DNA of 64,000 nt from Flaccisagitta enflata (GCA_965153355.1 OZ231126.1:34534001-34598000); one strand, 5' to 3'. Shown: positions 25,778-39,293, counted from the stretch's first letter. The notes: a model not told the origin generated them from the sequence alone. Made by a program: numbers and translations.

Positions 25778-28700
25778 TAGTAGGTGGCAAAAAAGTTGCT
25801 GAAATCGAAATAATTATCTCAGTGGATTTGAGGATGCATATGTTAAGGTTTTTGACCTGTAGAATCCAATTCTGAGGTCAAAAATAGCAAATTCTGGCGG
25901 GATCATGGCCAGCAAGTGGCCCTGAATGAGCATATTTAGCCCTGAAAAGGCGTTTTCATCACTTTACTTGTATCTACCAGTATCTATAAGTAAGCACTGA
26001 AAGAATATGATATTCCATTGATTTTGGCATTTTTATACATTGAAATACTATACAGAAGAGTTGTGTCTTGATACTTATCACCAATGATGCTGGTTTAGGG
26101 GCCCTGAAAAAAGCATAATTTTTGTGAAAATCTGTGATTTCGCCTGTTTCAGGGTTTGCTGACACTTGCCAGTTCTGTTTGTGAAAATTGGATTGTTTAA
26201 GCTTTAAAGTATATATTTCATAAAATTTGATGGCAACAAAAGATTTTTTGAATATTTGCTACCAATTCATGACAGTTTTGGGGTCCCAAAATTTGCATAA
26301 TTTTTGCAGAAACACACATTCGGCCATGTACTGATTAGGTCAATGCGAATATCAGGGAGGGTTCACACAGGGTTAATTTTGGAGAGTCCTTATGGAACTC
26401 TGAAATCTGAGGGTTGATTGTGCGTAGAAAAGGTTAGAAATTTTTTTTGGTCTCTCTCTTTTGAGGAAAAATAATCAGTTTTTGATCAAAAATGAGGTAT
26501 CCCATAAGCGAAACGGCGTAAATTGCCAAGATAGAGGCCATTGGTGGTATCCATCAGGACACGGGTTTTGATGATGTATTTTTGCCTTACCCTTAATGGA
26601 AATAATAAGGCTTTTAATGCAGGATTTTTCTCATTTTCAGAGCTTTATACATGATGCTGCTAAGCCAAAAATAAGCGAAAATCATAGAAATTCAAAATCT
26701 TTAAAAACAGATAAAATCGCTCAGCCTGGTGAGTGATAGAATCAAGGCCGGATACACTGCTACCCTAGTCTCTTGCAGTTGGGCAAGGGCAGTGATGTAG
26801 AAGTACACAGGGACATTTGGGCAGGGGCAGCAAGCTCAAAACACTAAAAAATGCCAAAAAAGTAAAATGGGGACCGACCAACTGACAGACGGACAGACAA
26901 ATGGACGGACAAAGGGGGGAGTAGAGTCCCATAGCACAAACCTAAAAATTGTTTCTGATTATTTTAAAGATGTTGGCTTGATTTGGTATTCTCTTGTTAT
27001 TCTAAGATTCCTTTCCCTTGCATGTTATAGAGGCCATAGACACAGCCACCAAAGTTGCGTGGGGGTGGGCAGGGGCAGTGATATAAAATGCTAACCAATC
27101 ATTCAGGCAGGAGCGGTAATGCAAAAAATGCCAAAAACACCAAAAAAGTAGTGTTACTGACAAACTGACCAACCAACCAACATAGCCGGTTATACAGTCC
27201 CGTGCATGCAACAAAAAATTTATTATCCATTATTTTGTATCCATAGAATATTTGCGAAAAAAGGAGAAAATAATAAAAAAACCATAAAACTGCAAAAATC
27301 AGTGCTCAAGACTCAATCCTCTAGGACTTGCAACCTGGCATGGGAGTTTTACTGAAGTTTTTTTTGGGGTTTTTCAGATTTTTTTTTCAAATCAATATTA
27401 GCACTTACATAAGTAAGGGTAGGGCTTCATAGTTAAACTAGAAACCAATTCAACAAAACGGCTGATTTTAACTACTAAGGCAATGTCATCAAAAGCAGAT
27501 AAAAATGATGAGGAAAAAATAGTTAGTTATAAACATTGAACGATTCAAATTGAAAATTAAACTAAAAATATTGAAATCATTACGAACTGAGCAAGCTCTG
27601 TGCTAGATCACCAAGACTGCAGTATCGAGTCATAAAAGATACAAGGCTAGATACATGGCTACCCTAGTCGCTTGCGGGTGGGCAGGAGCAGCGCTGGAAA
27701 AAATCACTAGGGCATCTGGGCAGGAGCCGTATGCTTAAGAAGCTCAAAAACGCCAAAAAAGTAAAGAGGGACCGACCAACCAACCAACCGGCCGATGGAC
27801 CGACATAGCGGGGTGTAGAGTCGCGTAGCACGCGACTAATTAATTGCATTAAAGGTAAACCAGTCACGCAAGGGCAATATGGTCAGCGTTACCCATTGCC
27901 CTGCTTTGTATATTGGTGATTATAGGTGATGGTTAGCAAAGCAATAGCCCCAAAGGGGATGATGTTCTGTAGAACACAAAGGACTTCTGCTCAATTGGAT
28001 TGTGAAGCTATAATTTGAACCTCAAAGCTCAAATCTCAGCTGAGGCTGGGATATGGCTTTGGGGCTGGAATTTTTGACATTTTTAACATTTTTTTCACAT
28101 TTTCTAATATTTTTTAAAATTCTTTAACCTTTTTTAACATTTTTTCTTTTTTACATTTAAAACATTTTTTTGTACATTTTTTAACATTTTCTAACATATT
28201 TGATTTTTTAACATGTTTTTACTCTTTCGTTTGTCATTTCCAGAGGCACATGACTGTTGCCCTCTTGGGCTTGTTATGATCAATTGTTACCTGTAACTTA
28301 GATCTCCACATGTTAGCACTGGATTGATGATAGATAAATGATTCTTGGGGAAAGGGGAGAAACAAAAAAGCATTTGTTTGTTCGTTGACGCCTGTTTGTC
28401 TGTTTGTGTCTGTCTGTCTGTCTATCTATTTGCCTGTATATAATTCTATTTTTTCTAGCTTTTATCTTTCTGCTTGTCTAACTTTCTATTGCTGTCTTCC
28501 TTTCTCTCATGCTGCCTGTGTTTCATAAAAAAAATATTTCATTCAATTATTGTCAAGTTTGGAGATGAGAGAAGCAAATATACTCATTCAGGGCCATTTC
28601 AGGCCTCATTGAGGCTGTTATTGGGCCAGGAAAAGCTTTCAAAGCACCAAAACTTTATTTATGCATGAGAAAAAAGTTACATTTAGATAAAAAAGATTCT

Positions 28701-28908
28701 ATTGTAGTACGTGTCTCTGTCCATCGCAACAATTTGGCCTAATATGCTTGTTATAGGGCTAATATGCTCGTTCCGGGCCACTTGCTGGCCATGATCCGCT
28801 CGGAAATGGCCATTTTTGACTTCACAGATCGATTCTACAGCATGAAAAACATAAAATATGGGTCCTCAAATCGGCTGCGACAATGTCATGGTGTTCTGCT
28901 ACCTACTA
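25778..28908. mobile_element. Mutator-like non-autonomous element, in CA intron 1
   Basis: TAGTAGGTRGCA termini, about 170-bp imperfect TIRs, 9-bp TSD CTGCCCTAT (25769-25777, 28909-28917); related TIR fragment at about 1820-1945. Confidence 0.82.
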
Positions 28909-29322
28909 CTGCCCTATCAAGTCTGAAATTAGCCCTCTCAGGCCTCAAATCTGGCTTCACAAGCCTCATGTCAAGCTTCAGAGCTCAAATCTACCCTCTC
29001 AATCTCCAGATCTGCCCTTTCAGACCCTAAGTCTGCCCTCTCAAGCATTCTACTTGCTGGCCATCTTAGGCCTCTAAGCAGGCATCTCAAGCATCAAAGC
29101 AGCCCTCGGAGGCCTGACGAAAAAAAGTCCCCTGGGTTCTACAGAACTTAGTCACCTTCGAAGCTGCTGCCCTACCTATTTTTTCTCCAATTCACAATCA
29201 TGCAAAGCAGGGCAACGGGTATCAATACTGCCACATATTGCCATTGGGCAACCTGTTCCCAATGCATCTGTCATATTCCATTGGCATTACTAAAAACCTG
29301 TTTGCTGGCAAAATCAATCTGA

Positions 29323-30203
29323 CAGCCGGAGACCCTTGAAAAGCTCAATTCTGAGCTTTTGCTTTTTTTGCGTTTTTTTCTTAATTTCCTATGACCATAC
29401 ATCCTCATTGAGTGGGCTAATTTTTTTTTCTGAGAGAATGTTCGGGCAACAGCTATGTGGTAGAGAAAAATTGGGGTGAAGGTATGGATTTTTATCATTT
29501 TTTTGGAGAAAAATTGAGTGGTGGAACATGAACTTGATTTTCATTTTTTTCATTTTTCACTCAGGGATAAATTTTAAAAGAATTCATTTAGATTGTAAAA
29601 TTCTTACAAGTCTTCAAGAAATAGGCCAAAATAAAGAATGATAAAAAGCTCAGAATTAAGCTTTTTGACTGATAACCAACTCAAAGTTCATTTCTGAGCT
29701 TTTCAAAAGCTCAAAGTTGAGCTTTTCAAGACTGACTGTCGCTCTAAGTCATTAAAGACTCTGTCTTGAAAAGCTCAACTTTGAGCTTTTAAAAAGCTCA
29801 GAAATGAGCTTTTTGAGTTGGTTATCCAGCAAAAAGCTCAAAAAGCTTTATTCTGAGCTTTTCTTTATTAATTTATTTATTTTGGCCTATATCTTGAAGA
29901 CTTGTAAAGAATTTGACAATCTAAATGAATTCCTCGCCCGAAAATCTATCCATGAGTGAAAAATGAAAAAAATCAAAGGGTGCCATATTCGCGGTTTTCA
30001 CCTCTCAATTTTTCTCCAATTAAAAAAAGTGATAAAAATCTATACCTACTCCCCAATTTTTCTCCACCACATAGCTGTTGCCCAAACATTCTCTCAGAAA
30101 AAAAATTAGCCCACTCAATGAGGATATATGGTCGTAGGAAATTAAGAAAAAAACGCAAAAAAAGCAAAAGCTCAGAATTGAGCTTTTCAAGGGTCTCCGG
30201 CTG
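29323..30203. mobile_element. 881-bp foldback MITE with 5-bp TSD, in CA intron 1
   Basis: TCTGA|CAGCCGGAGACCCTTGAAAAGCTC...GAGCTTTTCAAGGGTCTCCGGCTG|TCTGA; arms pair to about 29745. Confidence 0.88.
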
Positions 30204-30467
30204 TCTGAACTTGGATCGAGGCACCAAGTAATCGACTCATCGATGCTAAAATTTTATGGAATGGAACACAGCTATGAAATGAAACTAAGCCACAGTCAAT
30301 TCCATTCAACAACAGCATTGATGATGTGCTAGAGATTGATTTTGCGAGTAGATGGAAATTCAGCTCTTATTGTGCTAATGAGAGATTGGAACAAAATGTT
30401 TTGTCGTCGTAAGGCACAATTTCTCATAAATCGCGCGTTGAAGCACAGGGGTCGTGCGAAATATCAG

Positions 30468-30872
30468 TGTAGTAGTATGGTATAGTAGTAGTGCCCCTAG
30501 GCCAGCGTCCGCTGGCATGGCATTGCGGGGACGTTCAATTTTTTTTTCGGGGCAATGAGGTTATTCATTTTCTTCATCGTTCGTCATTCATCTCATTGCC
30601 ATCATTCATGGGTTGGTTCGCCTTCCACTCGTCATAGCAATTTTTGAATCCGTTTATTGACGTCTGTTTTTTTACTGCTTCTGGAAGTTCATTCCACTTT
30701 TTCGCGGCTCTCACCGTGAAAAAGTGCTTCCGCACAACCAGCCGCGCTCTCTCCATCTACAGGACGTGTTCTTTCCAGGTTTCGCCTTCTTCCGTCACCA
30801 CTGTGTTAACCCTAGTTGCTCCTGCCTCGTGACCAACTTCCACAAACCACTCTTCCTTCTCCACCTTATGAT
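30468..30872 (-). mobile_element. 5'-truncated CR1-type LINE fragment (ORF2 C-terminus, 3'UTR and simple-repeat tail), in CA intron 1
   Basis: Minus-strand translation ...VEKEEWF...ATR...*MERARLVVRKHFFTVRAAKKWNELPEAVKKQTSINGFKNCYD resembles the CR1-clade ORF2 C-terminus (R..FF..R....WN.LP.......S...FK...D); in-frame stop; (CTA)-rich 3' end. Confidence 0.75.
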
Positions 30873-31322
30873 AAACAATTTTATCCATCGTTGTTGCGTA
30901 AGTCAGATACTATCATCATGTTTTGACCTTGTGGCTTGTGCAGAATCACTGAAAGACCATCATGTTTCCAACGAGCGAGAGACACACACACAGGAAGACA
31001 AAGAATTGAAGATAAGAAAGAAGTATTCATCCCTTGATACTGCCGATTTTAATCTTTTTGTGGCGGACCATGGAAAGAAAGACAAAGCAAGGCCTCCAAC
31101 GAAAATCTGAAATTGCATAGACTTAGATAGTCATCTTCAAAGAATTATCGGTTTTAAGACGTTGTTTAAAGTTTTTCAAATCAAGGGAACAGATTTAAAG
31201 AAAGAAAACTAATTTAGTTCAGGATTTTGCAATTCCTAAATCGCCCAAAAACATGTTTCATGTGCCGTAAAACGATTTTCTTTTCTTGTCAGACCGGCAT
31301 ATTCAAACAGTTGAGAACCTAC

Positions 31323-31353
31323 CGTTTTCAGGAGTGTATCCCCAGTTAGCCAT
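31323..31353 (-). CDS. Alpha-carbonic anhydrase exon 1 (31 nt coding)
   Basis: ATG GCT AAC TGG GGA TAC ACT CCT GAA AAC G|gtaggt = MANWGYTPEN(G); alpha-CA N-terminal WGY motif, no signal peptide. Confidence 0.9.
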
Positions 31354-32678
31354 AATTTATGTTGCTTTTCGATAGCCTTTTCGCTCGATTTTCTTGTGCA
31401 GTTTTTTTTTCACTTTAAAGTCCGACACAAGGCAGAAATATATTTGAATATTTTTTGTTTCAACTTTTTAGTTCGATGACAGCCTGAGATAAAAAGGGAA
31501 AGGAAGATAAAATCGATATTCATAGAAGGCCACAAGTTTTTCAGTGATCGCTCTCTGGTTAATCTTGGGTGCGTTCAGACAGTTTTTTTTATCAAGAGTA
31601 AAGCGTTACTCCCTCCTTGACAGTATTGCAAACAAACAATCTACCAAAAGGCGCCTGGTATGCAAACAAGGCCGGATACACGGGTGCTTAAATCGCAAGC
31701 GGGCGGCTATGGACAATGGTAGAAATGACTGATAAAGCAATAGGGCAGGGGCAGTGAAGCAGAAACCAACCGTTAACGCCGAAAATGATCGGTATTACAA
31801 ATCAACTAACAGACCCACCGACGGACATAGAGGGTTACAGAGACGCAGGCAAGTGACAAGATTCTGGGCCGAAAAGTGGGCTTGAGTTGAGAATGTTGAC
31901 TCCCATGCACAATTTTTGGACATTTCTATTCTTAAGCTCCACGTTAAAACGCTGTTGCTCAGATAGTTTATGAAAAACATTAATAGCCCTTCATTCTCCC
32001 GTAATGAAAAGGAACGGATTACTTAACTGTAATGAGCTCACACACAGGGAGACAAAAGTAAAACGGGATCGCGTTTTGTGAACCCGTTCGAACTTTGTGA
32101 GGTGAAGAAAACTTTAATTGAGCCCAACTAAAAAGTCTACAGTACATTGGGACTAAATATAAATCAATTTTTTTTTTATTTAAGATCACAAGTCCAAATC
32201 CACAGTAATGTTGGACAATCTGTTGTTTAGGTCAACAGCCATAGCTTGAGTTGTAAAGCTAAATTCAATTCAAGCTCTTGTTTATTTATTTTGCAGTTTA
32301 TATAATTTGCAGATACGCAGATCAAATCAGTTTTCAGAAAATCCATGAAATCTAAAATTATGACTCAGGAAACGATTTTTTTTTCAGGGGGCCTCATTAC
32401 TTCCAACGTGCTGTAGATTTTTCACTTTTTTCAAATCATTTGATTTTGGCCACCCTGTTGTTTTCTTGATTCGGTTGATTACGTCCAAATTACGCGGTTA
32501 AATTCTGCCCAAAACATAACTTGTGGAGCATGGTTTAAAGTAGGAGACTATACATTAAACTGACACATAATCATGCGTAGCAACTTGCGACCCACCCCAC
32601 AGAAAGATGCCGGGCCGTCTTCTTTTTTTTCGGAAATCTCTTGATTGAAGCAATATGTGCGAAAGAAAAGCGCAAAGT

Positions 32679-32816
32679 AACAAGGCCGGATACACGGCAA
32701 TCCAGTCGCGGACGGTTGGGCAGGAGCAGTAATGCAAAAACTGATCGAAATTCAAAAATGTTACCGACGGACCGACCGACACGGCAAGGTGTAGAGTCGC
32801 GTGTCCGCGACTAAAA
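32679..32816 (-). mobile_element. HINE, GTCGCG subfamily (representative short copy)
   Basis: AACAAGGCCGGATACACGGC..AGTCGCGGAC..(GACC)n..AGTCGCGTGTCCGCGACT-AAAA. Other copies at about 583-781, 2620-2793, 11776-11990, 12755-12945, 15865-16018, 26740-27840, 32891-33046, 35186-35378, 40199-40402, 49450-49980. Confidence 0.8.
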
Positions 32817-33411
32817 TTTTAACAAGGCCGGATGATTTAAGAAAAAACAATATAACTTCCAGTTCGGTACATAATAAACGTGGTGAAATAAAAGGCCGGA
32901 TACACGGCTACCACAGTCGCGTGTGGGTGGGCAGGGGCAGTAGCTGAGCATTTGCGCAGAGACCGTAAGCCGAACACCGCAAAAACGTAAAAAAAATTAA
33001 AAAGGTGACCGACCGACGGCCATAGCGGGGTGTAGAGTCGCGTAGTCATTCATTATCTGAAGCACATGTGCGACTTATTGCTGTAAACAAGCCCGTCCCG
33101 GCAACTCTATACGCCATCTCCGTGACTACCGAGAAGGTGTGACGGACAGACATTGTTGTAACTGTAAGGGCAGACCGACGATCGGACAGACAAACCCGCG
33201 ACGCATCGAGATTTGCATGATATCCAACGAGTTCACAGATAGACGGACAGAACTGGGAAAAGAAAGAGAACAGAGCAAGGTTGAGTGAGAACTAAAAGTA
33301 CGAAGACTGAGCAAGTGGGAGAAACAGGCACCCTTAAGGTTCAATGATGCGCCAACTTCCTCTTTAATGATAGATAACATTTTTTTTCTTTCATGTTATT
33401 TTTCGCTGATT

Positions 33412-34807
33412 TTGTTGTCGCGTGCACGCGACTTTATACTCCGCTTTGTCAGTCCGTCCCTCTGTCAGTCCCCTTTTTACTTTTTTTTACATTTAGCATC
33501 ATTATGATCAAATTACATCATTTTAAATCATTTTACATCACTTAAACATTTTACATCATTTACATCATTTACATCACTTTACATCATTATACTTCATTTC
33601 ACATCATTATACGGTAATTTTGTAAATGAAGTCGCACTTGAATTTCCCGAAAATTCCGCCAGAGCAAATTTTCAATCGGCGAGTAGATATTATGCCCTAA
33701 AAGGCCCCTACCACTAACACTAGCCCTAACCCTAACATCACCCCTAAGACTATCCCTGACCTTGTCCCTAACCCTAAAACTAACTTTACCCCTAACCCTA
33801 ACTCGTTACCCGCTTTTGGGTGGTTGACCGCTTAAAACAAAAGACAAAAGGGCGTTAGGTCTCGGTAAACGTGATCTCATTGTACTTAATTTCACATCAT
33901 TTACATCATTTTACATCAATTTACATCATTTCACATTATTTACATCATTTTACATTATTTACATCATTTTACATTATTATACATCATTTCACATCATTTA
34001 CATCATTTTAAGTCATTTTACATCATTTACAATATCTTTCATCATTTTACATCATTTTACATCATTTCACTTCATTTTACATCATTTTATTCACGTAAGT
34101 CATTTATATCAATTATGTCATTTTAAGTTGTTTTAAGTCGTTTAAAGCCAATTTAGGACATTTCAAGTCATCTAAAGTCATTATGCATCATTTTTTTGTC
34201 ATTTTACGTAATTTTTTGTTGTTTTTGGTCATTTATGTCATCTTATTCAGTTAGATCATTTCAGTCATTTATAGTCATCTTGTTAGTCATTTATAGTCAT
34301 CTTGTTTTAAGTCATTCAAAGTCAACTCAGGTCAAATTATGCCATTTTAAGTCATTGTTAGTCAGTATACATCTGTCAAAAGTAATTTTACATCATTCTT
34401 ATTCAACCACATCATTTTAGGTGATATTAATCATTTGGTCTTTTTGAGTCATTATGAGTCATTTTGAGTCAATTTAAGTCATTTTGGGTCACTGAGTCAT
34501 TCTTGGTGATACTAAGCTTTTTTTCATTTTTGTCCTACATGTCATTTCAAGTCATTCCGACTCATTTTAAGTCATTTTAAGCCTTTGTTAGTCATTTTTA
34601 GTTATTTTAAACCACTTTAGTTCATTTTGAGTCATTCTGAGCCATGTTTCATTTTTTGTAGAACACATCATTTTTACTTATTTTGAGTCATTATTACACA
34701 TTTTAAGTTATCTTTAGTCATTATTTTCAGGTCGTTTTTAGTCAGGGAGTAAGAGATAGAGAGAGTGAGACAGAGAGAGAAGAGACAGAGAGAGAAGAGA
34801 CAGAGAC

Positions 34808-34882
<75 letters not shown>

Positions 34883-34947
34883 CAGAGAGAGAGAGAGACA
34901 GAGACAGAGAGAGACAGAGACAGACAGAGAGAGAGAGAGAGAGAGAG

Positions 34948-35042
<95 letters not shown>

Positions 35043-36403
35043 GACAGAGACAGACAGAGACAGACAGAGACAGACATAGATAAACAGAAACCGATAGAAA
35101 CAGACAGACAGACAAACAGACACAATGAGACTTAGTGAAATAGTTGAAAGAAGCAGAAAAACAAAGAAAAAAAAATAAACAAAAGCAAGGCCGGATACAC
35201 GGCTACCCCAGTCGCGTGTGGGTGGGCAGGGGCGGTGATTGAGATCATTAGATCATTTGGGCAGGTGCAGCGAGGCAAAAAAAACAAAAAAAGTTAAGTG
35301 TAACAAACGGACCAACGGACGGACCAACGGACGGACCGACAAAGTGGGGTGTAGAGTCGTGTAGCACGCAACTAAAAAGATAGAATGGATATTATAATTG
35401 ATGATTTAGCAAGATGAAGTGATGCAAGAACTAATTTTCTTTGCTATAATTTTAGGTTGATGTAAAAACTATCATGAGATGTTGTTTGATCAAAAATAAT
35501 TTCTTTACTCATAAAAAAGTAGTTTAATGCTATAGAATAGCAAAAATCACTTTCTTTTAAGTTTTAGGGCAAAACCCACTAGTTAAATACCTGTTGGGAC
35601 ACCAATTAGGGGTGGCAGTACTGAAAAATCTAACTCCCCTACGCCCTTGTTTTTAGTCGTTTCAGGTCATTTTAAATCATTTTGAGCCATTTTGAGTCAT
35701 TTTGAGTCACCAAGTCATTTTTCATTTTTGTAGAACATCATTTTCACTTATTCTGAGTCATTATTACACATCTAAAGTTAATCTAAATCATAAGTTTTTA
35801 GTCATTTTGAGTCATTCTGAGCCATTTTTGTGCTACACATCATTGTCTGGTTTATGTCTTGCTTATGTCTGGTTTACGTCTGGTTTACGTCTGGTTCAAG
35901 TCTAGTTTAAGTCTGGTTTAGGTCTGGTTTAGGTCTGGTTTAAGTCTGATTGAAGTCTGAATGAGGTCTGGTTTAATATTGTTTGAAGTCTGGTTTAGGT
36001 CTGGTTCAAGTCTGGCTTATGTCTGGTTTAAGTATTGGTTTTTTCTGGTTTATGTCTGATTTACGCCTGATTAAGGTCGTGTTTGATATTAGTTTACGTC
36101 TGGTTTAAAGCTTGTTTAAGTCTGGTTTGATATTGGTTTAGGTCTGGTTTAATACAGGTTCAAGTCTGGTTTAAGTCTTGTTTGATTTTGGTTTAGCTCT
36201 GGTTAAAGTCTGGTTTAAGTTTGGCTTAAGTTTGGTTTATGTCTGGTTTATGTTTAAGTCTGGTTAAGGCCTGGATTATGTCTGGTTTAGGTCTGGTTTA
36301 AGTCTTGTTCAGGTATTGCTTAAGTCTGGTTTAAAAACTAAGTCTTGACAGCATAAACGATTATCTCTATGACCGCACGCGACTTATAGGTGTTGGACTT
36401 GTT
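33412..36403 (+). mobile_element. Expanded HINE (same ends as 14846-15230) with (ACATCATTTT)n, (AAGTCATTTT)n, (AG)n, (GTCTGGTTTAA)n and nested elements
   Basis: GTCGCGTGCACGCGACT at 33417; GCACGCGACTTATAGGTGTTGGACTTGTT at 36375-36403. Confidence 0.75.
34752..35122. repeat. (AG)n/(AGAC)n compound microsatellite
   Basis: Direct reading. Confidence 0.95.
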
Positions 36404-36666
36404 ATCTATATAATTATTACTAATCCATTTTATTATAAGTTCTAGTTTATGCCATCCCTTATTTTCAATCTTTTATTATAAAAGCTTTTACTTTATACTG
36501 TTTTATTTCTTTTAAAATAGATATTACATTATTAAAGGAATAAAGGTTTTGTTTCATGCTGTCTTGCCCATCCTTTCATTAATGGATAAAATGTTTTCAT
36601 CCATTCATCCTTCATTTTCATTTATCGAAAACAGGTTTTTTTAAATTTATTACTGTTATTCACTTA

Positions 36667-36844
36667 CAGTTGAACCCCGCTTTAATGGATTTCAAGGGAC
36701 TAACATATTTCATCTTGTTTTAGACGAAATTCTGTTAGAGCTAATAAAGGAAATTATAGGAAACAAATTAAATGAACTGTGAATCTATATTTTTTACAGG
36801 TGGAATTCCGTAAGTGGCGGGTCTGTTTGAGCGGAGTTCAATTG
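36667..36844. mobile_element. pogo/Tigger-like MITE
   Basis: TA|CAGTTGAACCCCGCT...AGCGGAGTTCAATTG. Confidence 0.6.
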
Positions 36845-36927
36845 TGTTAAAACACATTTGTTTTGATGCTTTCTCTCAAGGTGAAAACTAACAAATTTGT
36901 TTCATGCCGTTTTTCACTAGTTTCATA

Positions 36928-37249
36928 CAGGGGTGTATATAATGGAGTGGCTTTTGATTTAATTCCCCCCCTCTTTGTTTTTTTTTCCCCGCGACGCGTC
37001 GCATCGAGATACAAAATTTATGATTTTCTTCCCCACAAAGCAATAAAACAGTATATTATAGGTTTTAATAGTGTTTATTTAAGTTGTAGTAATCGAATTT
37101 TACCTTTTGGTACAACCAAAAATGTTGAATCTTCAAAAATTTTTCTTTTTCTTTTTTTCAAACTGTTGATTTTTTCCCCCATCTCCAAACCCTTTGATTT
37201 TATTCTCCCCCCACCGGGGGGAGGGAATGCTCAACTTTATACAGGCCTG
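36928..37249. mobile_element. hAT-type MITE (CAGGGGTGTATA termini)
   Basis: Near-perfect 8-bp TSD GTTTCATA/GTTTTATA; homologous to 56147-56476; fragment at about 19917-19988. Confidence 0.8.
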
Positions 37250-37373
37250 GTTTTATATTATTACATATTTCCTTGTGACAAAGAATTTAACTTTAAATAG
37301 ATCTTTCACTCACTGTATTTTGATGCGGGTTTTTATTTTATGCCAGTTTATGCTAATTTCCACTTTTTCAATA

Positions 37374-37799
37374 CACTTTTTTTTTTTATAAGAACCTAGT
37401 TTATAAGAACATCAAGGCTTCGAATGGCCTCAAAATTAAGAACATCTTAAGAACATACAAAGGCTTCAAATCTTGAGAAAAAAATTTCGCTTACGATGAA
37501 ATTGAAAAAATATTTAAAAAACCCTTGAATCTTAGTATAATTAAGATAATATTTTATGATTTTTAAACAAATACTATAAAAACATCCCCAGACTTTAATA
37601 ATTGGTATTTGTTTTAATAGTATTTAATTAAAATATCTTTAGTATAATTGAGTAATAGTATATTATAAGGTTTCTTATAGTTTATATGGTACTTCAAATT
37701 AAGAACGCTCTAAGAACGTTGAAGGTTTCATTTGGCCTTGAAAATAAGAACATGAAGCCTTCAAAAAAAAAGTGACGTTCTTATAAAAAAAAAAAAGTG
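37374..37799. mobile_element. TA-flanked MITE with CAC-poly(T)-ATAAG termini
   Basis: TA|CACTTTTTTTTTTTATAAGAAC...GTTCTTATAAAAAAAAAAAAGTG|TA; relatives at 48685-49132 and 54008-61256. Confidence 0.75.
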
Positions 37800-38022
37800 T
37801 ACATGCAAAGATTTGTCTACAAGATTTTTTCCTTATCACAAGGAATCTATTCTTACTGCTTTTCCCATACTTGTTTTTTTTTTTTAAATAATGACACTGA
37901 GATATTTCAACTGAACACATTTCAAAACACCTGAAATTCACATGTTTGGCGGCAGCAACTTGTTGCCGAGTTGTAACATGAGATGGACGGACCAATCCGC
38001 TACAGAGATTGGTGGAGGCATC

Positions 38023-38348
<326 letters not shown>

Positions 38349-38806
38349 GGATCAGGAAGTTAAAGGACGGATGTGCATTCGACACTCGAAGTTGTTTTAT
38401 CAAAGAGGCACTTGATAGTTGACAGTGAAAAGCAAAAATAGGATGATCATTTAGAGAACAAGACCAACTCGCAACTGCACCAATTTTGTTTTTGCTTTGC
38501 GATGATTCACGATGGCCCAGTGTAAAGAATTTCGAGCGGCCAACTAGAGAACCGGCGCCCGCCCGAAAAAGGTCGAAATTTCACCTGTCATTTCCATACT
38601 TAATTTTAAAAATACGAAATGTTTTATTTCTTCATAATTTTGTATAAATAATTATTTGAGTGTTTAAAATAAGAATGAGCAAAAGAGCAGATATTAGTTT
38701 ACTTTCGAATATATAATGAGCAAAATTTGCATTGCATTGCATAAACATTAAAAAATGAGCATTTTTGAAGATATGGCTTTTAAAAACAGAAGAGATAATA
38801 ACTATA

Positions 38807-39293
38807 CAGTAGGACCTCGGTTTAAGGGATTTAAAGGGACTCACTATTTTTGTCTCTTAAATCCAAAATCCCTTAAATTAAATTTATTGTTTTATAAATG
38901 ATTTTCTTGTTAGTTGTTAACAATTACTTAATTCATAATGTAACAACAAGCTTTTGCTTTAAGTATGATCATTTAACATGATTAAAGCAGTGCATGGCAG
39001 GATATTTATAGCACAAAAAATATTTCGTTATTTTTTGATAATTTTTAACTTAAGAAATATATCAAAATCCAATTTTTTTTGCAAAATCCATCAAATTTAC
39101 CAAAAATTTCCCCTGATACAAGGGATATTTTTAAAAACTTGTCTCTTAAATCCAAATATCCTTTAAATAGAGGTTCTTTAATTAGAGGTTTTTTATCATT
39201 GGACAAGCCTGAGAAAATTTGGGACCAGACAGTGTTGTCTCTTAAATGCGGATATCCCTTAAATAGAGTTGCCACTAAGGTGGGATTTCTCTG
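38807..39293. mobile_element. pogo/Tigger-like MITE
   Basis: TA|CAGTAGGACCTCGGTTTAAG...TAAGGTGGGATTTCTCTG|TA; subterminal CTTAAAT repeats. Confidence 0.6.

Noticed and set aside
25960-28750. Captured gene fragment (Pack-MULE) inside the Mutator-like element
   Set aside because: Interior is largely nested HINEs; I could not recognise coding homology by eye (BLASTX would decide)
32679-32816. Short repeats as tRNA-derived SINEs or tRNA genes
   Set aside because: No clear A/B boxes, cloverleaf or TSDs; subTIR, hairpin and microsatellite layout fits HINEs better
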